DNA of 64,000 nucleotides, taken from the NCBI GenBank assembly GCA_963806185.1, contig CAWDXE010000003.1, forward strand, positions 96,001 to 160,000. The letters are read 5' to 3'. Below, one piece after another: positions 9,506 through 18,371 of this stretch; position 1 is the first letter of the stretch, and each line of letters opens with the position of its first letter. The notes under the pieces were generated by a model. It ran no database searches, had not been told where the DNA came from, and saw only the letters and a program-made list of their open reading frames with translations. The translations under genes and the position numbers were made by a program. Source of the DNA: an uncultured candidate division Zixibacteria bacterium (GTDB taxonomy: Bacteria; Zixibacteria; MSB-5A5; GN15; FEB-12).

Positions 9506-9522
9506 TGCGCAATAATTGCACA
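9506..9522. promoter_or_regulatory. Candidate enhancer (UAS) palindrome
   Basis: TGCGCAA-TAA-TTGCACA, about 160 bp upstream of the sigma-54 site. Confidence 0.4.
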
Positions 9523-9566
9523 GCTATGCGTGCATTCGCGTGCTTACTGGAGCACTTCCGAAATGG

Positions 9567-11015
9567 CTACTTCGTGACGTTCAGGTTGTAGTCTTTGATC
9601 TTGTACAGCAGAGACCGATAGCTGATCTGCAGAATGTCGGCAGCCTTGCGTCGGTTCCAGTTGGTCCGAGCGAGCACTTCGGCGATGAGACGTTTCTCCT
9701 CGCTTGCGATCGTCTTGCCCACTCGATTCTTAAGAGAAAGATCTCCGCCGGAAGCCTGTGCGCCGTCGTCATCGCCGATGCTGACCATCGCGGGCACATA
9801 CGCGCCAGTGGGGTCCATAGCGGTCGCAGGAGTGTATCTTGGGGTAGTGGACGCCGCTGTGATGAGCTCCCCGATAATGAGTTCGTCCCCGCGCACAACG
9901 ACCTGCTTAATCATGTTTTCGAGCTGCCGGACGTTGCCAGGCCAGTGGAAATTCATGAGTTTGCCTATCGTATCAGGACGAAGGGCAGCGGTTTCTTTTT
10001 CGTAGAGCTTGTTGTACTTAGCGATAAAATGCTCGACCAGGAGCGGGACGTCTTCCGGCCTCTGGCGTAACGGGGGCAGGAAGAGGGTAATTTCGTTTAG
10101 ACGATAAAACAGATCGTCGCGAAAACCGCCACTTTGAATTGCCTGCTCCAGATTCCGGTTGGTCGCGCAGATGATGCGGACGTCGACGTGGATCGTCTGG
10201 ATTCCACCGACCCGGACAAACTCTTGTTGTTCAAGAACTTGGAGGAGTTTCGACTGAAGTTCCATCGGCATGTCGCCGATTTCGTCGAGGAACATCGTTC
10301 CCTTGTTGGCGACCTCGAATCTCCCCTGTTTGTTCTTATGCGCGCCGGTGAAAGCACCCTTTTCGTAGCCGAACAACTCGGCCTCGAGAAGGTCGCGCGG
10401 GATAGCAGCGCAGTTCACTTTGACGAAAGGCTGAGCACTTCGAGTGGAAAGCTGGTGAAGCGACCGAGCGGCAATCTCCTTACCGGTTCCCGATTCGCCG
10501 CGAATCAGGACGGTGAGTTCCGAGTTGGCCACTTGTTCGATGATCGCTTTGACCCGACGCATCAACTCCGAGTCACCAATGAAGGCGCTGTAGTTATTTC
10601 GAATTTGAAGCTCGGATTTGAGTTCGGCGACTTCTTTTTTCAGGCGGGTGCGATCGAGCACACCATTGATGTGAATCTCAACTTCGCGAACATCAAAGGG
10701 TTTGTCGATGAATTCGGCAGCACCGAGACGCATGGACTCGACCACAAACTTGGTGTCACCATGACCGGAGATCATGATTACTTCCGGCCGACCTTCCATC
10801 TTATTAAGCTTTTCCAGCACTTCGAGTCCGGTCATCCCGGGCATTTTCACATCCAGCAGAATCAGATCGGGTTTTTCGGTGGAGACGAGCTGAATACCCT
10901 CAATACCGTCGCGTGCGGAGACAAATTCAAACGAGGAACTGAGTCCCTCGGAGAGAATCCAAGAGACCTTAGGATCGTCATCAATTACTAGAATCTTGGT
11001 TTTTTCTTTTGCCAT
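9567..11015 (-). CDS. Sigma-54-dependent response regulator (NtrC family: REC-AAA+-Fis HTH)
   Basis: REC (DDD, LLDVKMPG), GESGTGKE, GAFTGA, FLDEIG, WPGNVRQL, NRRKAA HTH; start placed at MAKEK. Confidence 0.95.
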   Translation of the reverse strand: MAKEKTKILVIDDDPKVSWILSEGLSSSFEFVSARDGIEGIQLVSTEKPDLILLDVKMPGMTGLEVLEKLNKMEGRPEVIMISGHGDTKFVVESMRLGAAEFIDKPFDVREVEIHINGVLDRTRLKKEVAELKSELQIRNNYSAFIGDSELMRRVKAIIEQVANSELTVLIRGESGTGKEIAARSLHQLSTRSAQPFVKVNCAAIPRDLLEAELFGYEKGAFTGAHKNKQGRFEVANKGTMFLDEIGDMPMELQSKLLQVLEQQEFVRVGGIQTIHVDVRIICATNRNLEQAIQSGGFRDDLFYRLNEITLFLPPLRQRPEDVPLLVEHFIAKYNKLYEKETAALRPDTIGKLMNFHWPGNVRQLENMIKQVVVRGDELIIGELITAASTTPRYTPATAMDPTGAYVPAMVSIGDDDGAQASGGDLSLKNRVGKTIASEEKRLIAEVLARTNWNRRKAADILQISYRSLLYKIKDYNLNVTK

Positions 11016-11156
11016 ACACCCGCCGATAATACCAGACAATGCTGAGAGATTTCACACAAAGTATCGGCAGTTGCACAGAGAAATCAAGTATAATATTTGT
11101 GCAAAGGGCGAACGGGTCGCAAAAGTGTGCATGGCAGAGAGAGGAGAATTGGCGAC

Positions 11157-13292
11157 TCAAGCGTGAATCGGAAGGTAGACAGTGAAGATAGTGCCTTTGC
11201 CTTCGACTGAAGTAACCTGCAGCGTGCCGGTGTGAGCGGAAATGATCCGTTCGACCACCACCAACCCCAGGCCCGTGCCAGTTTCCTTCGTAGTGTAGTA
11301 CCGCTCGAAAATGCGGGAGAGATCTTCCTTCTTGATGCCGCAACCGGTGTCGATCACCTTGACTGCCAGGTAATCCGTTTTCTTGTGCTCCGGGCGTTCG
11401 ATAAGTCCTTGGATGGTCAAGGTACCGCCATTGGGCATGGCATCAATGGCATTTAGACACAGGTTGAGAAAGACCTCAAGCAACTGGTTCTTGTTGGCAA
11501 TGACTTCCCAGTTGGTTTCAGCGAATTCACTGTGAAAGGCAATCTGGTGGCGGCGCAGTTCCGGGGCCACCAGTTCGGCGGCACGGCCGACGATAGTGCG
11601 CAGGTCGAGTTTTGACGTTTCGTATTTGTTCGGGTTGGAGAAGTCGACCAGTTCGCGCACAAGTTCGTTCATGCGGTGGATTTCTTCTTCCATGCTGGAG
11701 AAAAACTGGGAGCCACCCATCAAATCGGGGTGGCGCTCCTGAAGAATTTGTAATCCGCCTCGGATGGAGGTGAGAGGCTTTCGCAGGTCGTGAGAGATCT
11801 CAGATATCATGTTTCCCATGGTGATCAGGCGGGTGGCGTTGAGCATCGCCTTCTCCTTCTCGAACAAGAGAGCTGCCTGGGAGATCACCAGTTTGGCCAG
11901 CGAGAAGTCATCCTCCGAATAGGCGCGATCGAGGTCAGCCCCCAGGTAGTACAAGTACGCGAGTTCGCCGTTGCGCAGTACGGGAATTGCCATGAAGGCC
12001 TCTTTTGGCTTCGGGTAGTGCGGATTCTGAGCCAGCTTCTCTCCCATCAATAGCGACAGCTGGGTGATATCGTCGAGGTTGAAGGTAGACAGGTCCACCT
12101 CGGGGAAGGAGATGAAATGCCGGGGCATTTTGGCCAGGTTGATGCGGCCGCTGTCGGTCAACGGCAGGTCAGTTTGGCCGACCGCACCCTCGGGAACCAG
12201 TAGTTGATTGGCGGGGTCGTAGCTGAACCAGAAGGCGTAATCGATGGGGAAAATCCGCTTGAGCTTTGAGATCAGGGCCTGACGGAATTGGAGCAACGAA
12301 TCGAAAGTCGGCAGTTCGGAAGCGATCTCGTGCAGGATTTCGAATTCGACAAGTCGCCGGCGGGATTTTTCAAACTGCCAGGCATCATCCACGGCCACAG
12401 CCGCCTGCGAGGCAAAGGTGGTCAGCAGACGAAGGTCGTTACTGGTGAAAGCCCCTCCCTCCTGCTTGTTGGCCATATTGATGACACCGAGAATATCGTT
12501 TTTGATACGCAGGGGCGTGCACAAGAGAGAGGCGGCGCCGTACTTTTCGTTATTGATGCGCTTGAACCGCGGCTCATTCTCGACGTCGGCGACGATCATC
12601 GCCTCACCGGTTTTAGCGACGAATCCGGCGATGGAAGCACCGATGGGGAGGCGGGTCTTGCGAACCACATCATCGTCGAGACCAATGGCGGCTTCGATGG
12701 TAAGATACTGCTTTCGTTCGTCGAGCAGCATAATGGAACCGACCCGGGCCTCGGTGACGGCAGCGGCTAAGATGACAATCTGGCGAAGGAGTTCGCTGAG
12801 ATTGGCGGAGGAGCCGATGGACTTGCCGGCCTCGTAGAGAGCATTCAGTTCGCCGATTCGCCGCTGGAGTATCAGATTCGACAGTTTGAGTTCCTCGAGC
12901 AATGCCAGACGGGATAATTCGGCGCGCCGTTTTTCGAGGGCACGGCGGACTGACAGCTCCAGATAGGTGAACTCGACCGGTTTGAGCAGATAGTCGTACG
13001 CACCCTGGGCTATGGCGTCGAGGGCGGTATTGAGCGACGCGTAGCCGGTCATAAGAATGACCGGAATTCCCTCGTCGATCTCCTTTACGATCTTGAGAAT
13101 CTCTAGTCCGTCGAGGCCGGCCATCTTGATATCGGAAATGACCAGATCGATCTTTTCGCGTCGGATGGCTTCAACGGCGTCCTTGGGGGACTGAAAGCTG
13201 GACACGCGATACCCGTCGCCGTGGAGCAGAGCCTCCAAGGAGTCACACATTCGCTTTTCGTCGTCAATGACTATGATCTTCTCAGACGACAT
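11157..13292 (-). CDS. Cytoplasmic hybrid histidine kinase REC-GAF-(GAF-like)-HisKA-HATPase
   Basis: N-terminal REC, GAF (GASIAGFVAKTGE), H-box SHDLRKPL, N-box NAIDAM, DTGCGI, GTGLGL. Confidence 0.9.
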   Translation of the reverse strand: MSSEKIIVIDDEKRMCDSLEALLHGDGYRVSSFQSPKDAVEAIRREKIDLVISDIKMAGLDGLEILKIVKEIDEGIPVILMTGYASLNTALDAIAQGAYDYLLKPVEFTYLELSVRRALEKRRAELSRLALLEELKLSNLILQRRIGELNALYEAGKSIGSSANLSELLRQIVILAAAVTEARVGSIMLLDERKQYLTIEAAIGLDDDVVRKTRLPIGASIAGFVAKTGEAMIVADVENEPRFKRINNEKYGAASLLCTPLRIKNDILGVINMANKQEGGAFTSNDLRLLTTFASQAAVAVDDAWQFEKSRRRLVEFEILHEIASELPTFDSLLQFRQALISKLKRIFPIDYAFWFSYDPANQLLVPEGAVGQTDLPLTDSGRINLAKMPRHFISFPEVDLSTFNLDDITQLSLLMGEKLAQNPHYPKPKEAFMAIPVLRNGELAYLYYLGADLDRAYSEDDFSLAKLVISQAALLFEKEKAMLNATRLITMGNMISEISHDLRKPLTSIRGGLQILQERHPDLMGGSQFFSSMEEEIHRMNELVRELVDFSNPNKYETSKLDLRTIVGRAAELVAPELRRHQIAFHSEFAETNWEVIANKNQLLEVFLNLCLNAIDAMPNGGTLTIQGLIERPEHKKTDYLAVKVIDTGCGIKKEDLSRIFERYYTTKETGTGLGLVVVERIISAHTGTLQVTSVEGKGTIFTVYLPIHA

Positions 13293-14691
13293 GCTCGTCG
13301 GCTCCTTTGACTTCGCCCAGCGGGAGTCGGATGATGAAGCACCCCCCTTTGTCCAGGTTTCTGAATTCTATCGACCCATTATGTGCTTTTATTATGCCGT
13401 AGCATACGGAAAGTCCGAGCCCAGTGCCCTCGCCCGGTTCCTTGGTGGTGAAGAACGGTTCGAAAATGCGCGGAATGATCTCGGCCGGAATGCCGGGCCC
13501 GGAATCGCAGCAGCGGGTGACGACCTCGTGTTCAGACACGGTCGTGGTCACGGTAAGCTTGCCGCCCGTCTTCATAGCATCGCGAGCGTTGATGATCAGG
13601 TTGAGAAACACCTGCTTCAGGTTTTCCGACGAGCCTATGATGATCGGGTTCCGGGCGTCGAGGTGGGTTTCCACTTTGATGTCATGAGAAGCAAGCTGGC
13701 GGTCGACCAGACCGAGGACGTCGCTAATAACATGATTCAGATTCACCGGCTCAAGCGTGGCCTCGCCGGGGCGATGGAATTCGAGGAGTTGGCGGACGAT
13801 GCGGGCGATGCGGTCGATTTCATCACCGACGATGCCAAGGTACTTTTCGGACAGTTCGTGCCCGCCGGCCTCGCGTTTGGTAAGCAGGACGTAGTTCTTG
13901 ATGATGCCGAGCGGGTTGTTGACCTCATGGGCGATTTTGGCGGACATCTCCCCGAGGGCCGCGAGTTTCTCGGTCTGCAGCAGCAGTTGCTGTGCGGACC
14001 GGAGTTCCTGAGTGGCGCGCCGTTCGCCCTCGTATAGGCGGGCGTTTTCGATCGCAACGGCGATCTGGTTGCCGAGGATGGAAAGGAATTCGATATCGTC
14101 GTTGGTGAATGGAGCGTCGGACAGCTTGCCCGACATCAGAAAGACGCCCGACAGACGGGTCTGGTAAATGAGCGGCACGACGATTCCATTCGGGAACTGC
14201 AACAGCAAGGCACTTTCTTCGTCATCGGCAACCTCACGCAGAAGATCGTCCACCACCACCGGGCGATTGAGTTTTGCCAGGTATTGCATGAGGCGGGTTT
14301 CGAGAACGAAACAGGAGGTCGCGTGCGGCGGTTCGCCGGAGCCTTTGAACTTGGCCAGGTCGAAGCGATGGGAGGCGCTGTCGTGCTTGAGAAAGATAGC
14401 GCCTCGGGTGGCGGCTACTTGTCCCAGACAAGTGAAAATGAAAGTGTCCACCAGCATGTGGTAGTCGAGCACGGCATTGAAGTTGCGGCTGATCTCGAAG
14501 ACGGTGTAAAGGTCGAAGATCTTACGCTTGAGCTGGCGGTTGGCGTCACTCAGAAGCTGGAGCTTTTCTTCGAGCTGGCGACGGAGTGCAACGACCGATT
14601 CGGTACGAGGAATCCGCGGCTTGGACGCGGAATTTCGCGCAGCCCGGAGAGTCTTAGCGGTCGTCTTCTTTCGTTCGGCTTTCGGTTTCAT
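13282..14691 (-). CDS. Cytoplasmic GAF-sensor histidine kinase
   Basis: Coiled coil, GAF, AIENARLY, AHEVNNPL, NARDAM, DSGPGI, EPFFTTK, GTGLGL; ATG overlaps the folC stop (ATGA). Confidence 0.9.
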   Translation of the reverse strand: MKPKAERKKTTAKTLRAARNSASKPRIPRTESVVALRRQLEEKLQLLSDANRQLKRKIFDLYTVFEISRNFNAVLDYHMLVDTFIFTCLGQVAATRGAIFLKHDSASHRFDLAKFKGSGEPPHATSCFVLETRLMQYLAKLNRPVVVDDLLREVADDEESALLLQFPNGIVVPLIYQTRLSGVFLMSGKLSDAPFTNDDIEFLSILGNQIAVAIENARLYEGERRATQELRSAQQLLLQTEKLAALGEMSAKIAHEVNNPLGIIKNYVLLTKREAGGHELSEKYLGIVGDEIDRIARIVRQLLEFHRPGEATLEPVNLNHVISDVLGLVDRQLASHDIKVETHLDARNPIIIGSSENLKQVFLNLIINARDAMKTGGKLTVTTTVSEHEVVTRCCDSGPGIPAEIIPRIFEPFFTTKEPGEGTGLGLSVCYGIIKAHNGSIEFRNLDKGGCFIIRLPLGEVKGADEHVV

Positions 14692-15964
14692 TTCCAAACG
14701 TATGATTCAAGGAATTCGCCGACCAAGTAGTGTGAGCCTATCACTGGTAGTATATCGTCCGGGCCGAGCGATTTCAACAGCTTCCGATAGGCGGCGCCGA
14801 GCGAGGCGGCCCCAGTGACGGGGACACCATGCCAATGAGTGGTGGCAATGACCTCGCTGGGCTCGACAGACCGCTTGGTTTTCATGCGAACAAGGGTGTA
14901 ACTTGCGGCAATTGGCGCCAGGGCATCAAACATTTCCTGGTGCTGCTTCTTCTTTACCACGCCGACGATCAGGGGGACTTTTCGTCCCGGATATTTGAGC
15001 CTAAAGCTCTCGGTGAAGGCGCGCGCGCCGCCCTGATTGTGGCAGACGTCGAGGAGCAGTGTGGGACCTTGCTTCACGTTTATTATCTGAAAACGGCCGG
15101 GCCAATCAGTGGACTTTAGACCTGTACATACGGCCCGATCGGGCACGCGCAGACCGAGCGACTTGCACAGCGAGAGTGTTTTGAGGGCCAGAGCCGTGTT
15201 GACCAACTGGTGGCGGCCGATCAGAGCGGGTGAGAGTCTCTTTACCGACAGATTTCCGGATGAGAAATCGAGCGCGAACTGCTCGGGGTACGTTTTGAAT
15301 TGTCTGCGCGAGAGACGATGCAGCGGCGCTTGGCGCGCCTTGCACGTTTGGCGCATAACTCTCTCCGCGTCACCGGGCAACAGGCCGATCAGGTGCGGCA
15401 CCCCAGGCTTGATGATACCGGCCTTCTCCGTGGCGATTTTGGTGAGTGTATCGCCCAGAATGTCGACATGATCAAAACTAATGTCAGTGCAGACTGTGAG
15501 GAGCGGCGTGAGGACGTTGGTAGCGTCGAGTCTCCCCCCCAGGCCCACCTCGATGATGGCAATCTCCACACCCTGACGGGCGAAATGATCGAAGGCGAGG
15601 GCGGTGACTACTTCAAAAAAGGTGACTTTTTTTTTACCAGTATCGTGCGATACCGGTCGACAAAACGAGCAACTGATAGTCGGGGAATCTTCTGGCCGTT
15701 GACCTTGATTCGCTCCCGGAAATCAACCAAGTGAGGAGAGGTATACAATCCGGTCTTGTAGCCGGCGGCGCGAAGGACTGACTCGATCATGGCGGAAGTG
15801 GACCCTTTGCCATTGGTGCCGGAAATATGGATAGCGGCGAAGCGGCGCTGGGGTGCGCCCATCGAATCGAGGAACTGGGCAATATTATCCAGTCCCAGTT
15901 TCATGCCGAAGAACTCGCGCGACAAGAGGAAGTGCTCCGCGCGCTTGTAGGTGTGGCGGCGCAC
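14688..15964 (-). CDS. folC: Folylpolyglutamate synthase/dihydrofolate synthase, frame broken at an A9 run (15627-15635)
   Basis: HISGTNGKGST and YTSPHL in one frame; EVGLGGRLDAT and WPGRFQ in the next; one extra A restores KKKVTFFEVVTALAF; GGAGG-N5-GTG start. Confidence 0.9.
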
Positions 15965-16806
15965 TATGACCTCCACGTGTACCGCAACAGGCGGGCAATG
16001 GTCTCGCGCAGGTCCTTGCGTTCGACAATTTTGTCGAGGAATCCTTTGTCGATGAAAAATTCGGAAGACTGGAAGCCCTCGGGAAGTTCCTGACCGATGG
16101 TTTGCTGGATGACGCGCGGTCCGGCGAAGCCCAGGAGTGCTTTCGGTTCCGCGATGATGACATCACCAAGCGAGGCGTAGGAGGCCATGACGCCGGCGGT
16201 GGTCGGGTTGGTCAGGACCGAGACATACGGAATCTTGCGTTCCGCAAGGATGGCGAGCAGGCCGGAGGTTTTGGCCATCTGCATCAGGGAGAGAATGCCC
16301 TCCTGCATGCGGGCGCCGCCCGAACAGGAGACGATGACGAGAGGGCAGCGGTGTTGAATAGCGCGCTCAATAGTCCGGGCCACTTTTTCGCCCACTACTG
16401 AGCCCATGGAGCCGCCGATAAACGCAAAATCCATGATGCAGAAGGAGACGGCGATGCCATCGATTTTGCCAAGTCCGGTGATCAGGCCCTCGGTGCCATC
16501 CGATTTCTCATTGGCCGCTTTGAGTCGGTCGGGATACCGCTTGGAGTCTTTGAATTTGAGCGGGTCGCCGGAACGAAGGGTGTTATCGAATTCGTCGATA
16601 TGACCGTCGTCAAGAATGATATCTATGTACTTCCGGCTGGAGATGCGGAAGTGGTAATTGCAGCTTGGGCAAACCCAGAGCAGGTCTTCCAGTTTCTTGG
16701 TGTAGATAATTTCTCCACAGGAAGAGCACTTGGTCCACAGCCCTTCGGGGATGTTCTTCTTCTCTTGTGACTGGAGGCCGGTCTTGGCCTTGCGAAACCA
16801 TTCCAT
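15964..16806 (-). CDS. accD: Acetyl-CoA carboxylase carboxyltransferase beta subunit
   Basis: Zn finger CSSC/CPSC, GGSMGSVVGEK, SGGARMQEG, GFAGPRVI. Confidence 0.97.
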   Translation of the reverse strand: MEWFRKAKTGLQSQEKKNIPEGLWTKCSSCGEIIYTKKLEDLLWVCPSCNYHFRISSRKYIDIILDDGHIDEFDNTLRSGDPLKFKDSKRYPDRLKAANEKSDGTEGLITGLGKIDGIAVSFCIMDFAFIGGSMGSVVGEKVARTIERAIQHRCPLVIVSCSGGARMQEGILSLMQMAKTSGLLAILAERKIPYVSVLTNPTTAGVMASYASLGDVIIAEPKALLGFAGPRVIQQTIGQELPEGFQSSEFFIDKGFLDKIVERKDLRETIARLLRYTWRS

Positions 16807-16808
16807 AT

Positions 16809-17297
16809 TCAGTTTTCCCGGTGCAGGGGTTCAAAGTATCGAACCATCACCAGCGCGTCCTCTGCCGGCTCTTCGTAATAGTGTGGCCGGGTATATAGTG
16901 TCCTGAAGCCGGATCGCTCATAGAACGCCCGCGCAGCGTAGTTAGACTGCCGGACTTCCAGGATTATCATCGTGCACCCGTGTCGGGTTACGAGCTGTAA
17001 GATACGGTCAAGCAGTTGCTGCGCAACACTTTTTCTCCGATAATCGGGGTGGACGGCGATGTTGGCAAGGTGTGTTTCGCCGGCAGCCGTCATAAAACAG
17101 GCATAACCGACAATATTGTTATCACACTCCGCCACAAGAGATTGCCACATCTCCCCGCTCAGGACGTCGGTGAAAGCTGACATCGGCCACGGATCGGGGA
17201 AAATAGATCGTTCGAGCTGCATGACGGCAGGTAGATCGGCCTCGGTCATGGCTCGAAGCGCGACCGAAAACTCATTTGGTTTGCCGGCGTCGTTCAA
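16809..17297 (-). CDS. rimI: Ribosomal protein S18 alanine N-acetyltransferase
   Basis: FPDPW, NIAVHPDYRR, LEVRQSN, YY..EDALVM; follows tsaB. Confidence 0.9.
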   Translation of the reverse strand: MNDAGKPNEFSVALRAMTEADLPAVMQLERSIFPDPWPMSAFTDVLSGEMWQSLVAECDNNIVGYACFMTAAGETHLANIAVHPDYRRKSVAQQLLDRILQLVTRHGCTMIILEVRQSNYAARAFYERSGFRTLYTRPHYYEEPAEDALVMVRYFEPLHREN

Positions 17298-17937
17298 AAT
17301 TCATCTCGGCTTGTGACTTTTGCAGATAGAGCGGTTCGAGGGTCGCCAGGTCGTCAGTGCGACCGTCGAATATTCTCTTGGCGCCGATCTCGATAAGCAC
17401 GGCGGCGTCGTAGGTAATTTCCGTGAGGTTCAACGAACGGCGTACCTCTTCAGAAAAGCGGTCGGCGTCGTCCTCGAAGATGACTGCGCGACGGCCCCGA
17501 AGCTGGGCGTGGAGGTCGTGACCGGAGACAAAAACAGTCTCAAGCTGCATATTGGCGGCGGCGACTGGAGTGACAAAGAACTCACCGCGACGAAGCGAAC
17601 CGATCCAGCAGGTGGGTTCAGCGGACGTGATTAGTTTGCGGACAAGGTCGAAGTGGGAGACACCCACAACCGGAATGCTGAGAGCAGCGGCCATCCCCTT
17701 GGCAGCAGCAAGGCCGATGCGGAGTCCGGTGAAAGAGCCGGGGCCGATGGCCACGAGGAGACCGTCGAATTGGTCCGACTTCACACCCGCTGATTGGCAC
17801 AGGTTGGCGATCTTGCGCATGAGCACCTGACCGTGTGAACGGTCCACGCGTTCGCTGGACTTAATGAGCCGGTCCTCGCCAAAGCGAAGGGCCAGCCGAA
17901 GCGTGGCGGTAGCAGTATCGATTGCCAGCAGGTTCAT
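17272..17937 (-). CDS. tsaB: t6A37 threonylcarbamoyltransferase subunit TsaB
   Basis: LAIDTAT, GPGSFTGLRIG, EPLYL. Confidence 0.93.
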   Translation of the reverse strand: MNLLAIDTATATLRLALRFGEDRLIKSSERVDRSHGQVLMRKIANLCQSAGVKSDQFDGLLVAIGPGSFTGLRIGLAAAKGMAAALSIPVVGVSHFDLVRKLITSAEPTCWIGSLRRGEFFVTPVAAANMQLETVFVSGHDLHAQLRGRRAVIFEDDADRFSEEVRRSLNLTEITYDAAVLIEIGAKRIFDGRTDDLATLEPLYLQKSQAEMNFERRRQTK

Positions 17938-18365
17938 GGTTCCACCAAGGCGAGGTCAATCTGGCGCGTGGTGTCGTCGACGATTTGGAAATCGATCTTG
18001 AAATATCGCTCCGGGAGAAGTGCTTGCGCCTTCTCTCCCCATTCGACGACGACGATACCGGGACGCGCAAGATAGTCTTCCCAGCCTATCTCGAATAGTT
18101 CGCTCGGATCGCCGATGCGGTAGAGATCAAAATGAAACAGCGGCACTTCGCCGTGATACTCGTTAACAAAGGCGTAGGTCGGCGAAGATACCTCGGAGTC
18201 GCTCATGCCCCGACCACTGACCAGACCCTTGACAAAGGCGGTCTTCCCCGCGCCGAGCGGGCCGGACAGGACGATGACGTCGCCGGGCTTGAACGAGGCC
18301 GCCAGCTTCCTGGCCAGCGCCAGAGTCTGTTCCTCCGAATATGAGGTAACGCTCAGAATCGGCAT
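17934..18365 (-). CDS. tsaE: t6A37 ATPase TsaE
   Basis: GPLGAGKT, SSPTY, HFDLYR, VEWGE. Confidence 0.95.
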   Translation of the reverse strand: MPILSVTSYSEEQTLALARKLAASFKPGDVIVLSGPLGAGKTAFVKGLVSGRGMSDSEVSSPTYAFVNEYHGEVPLFHFDLYRIGDPSELFEIGWEDYLARPGIVVVEWGEKAQALLPERYFKIDFQIVDDTTRQIDLALVEP

Positions 18366-18371
18366 GAGGAG

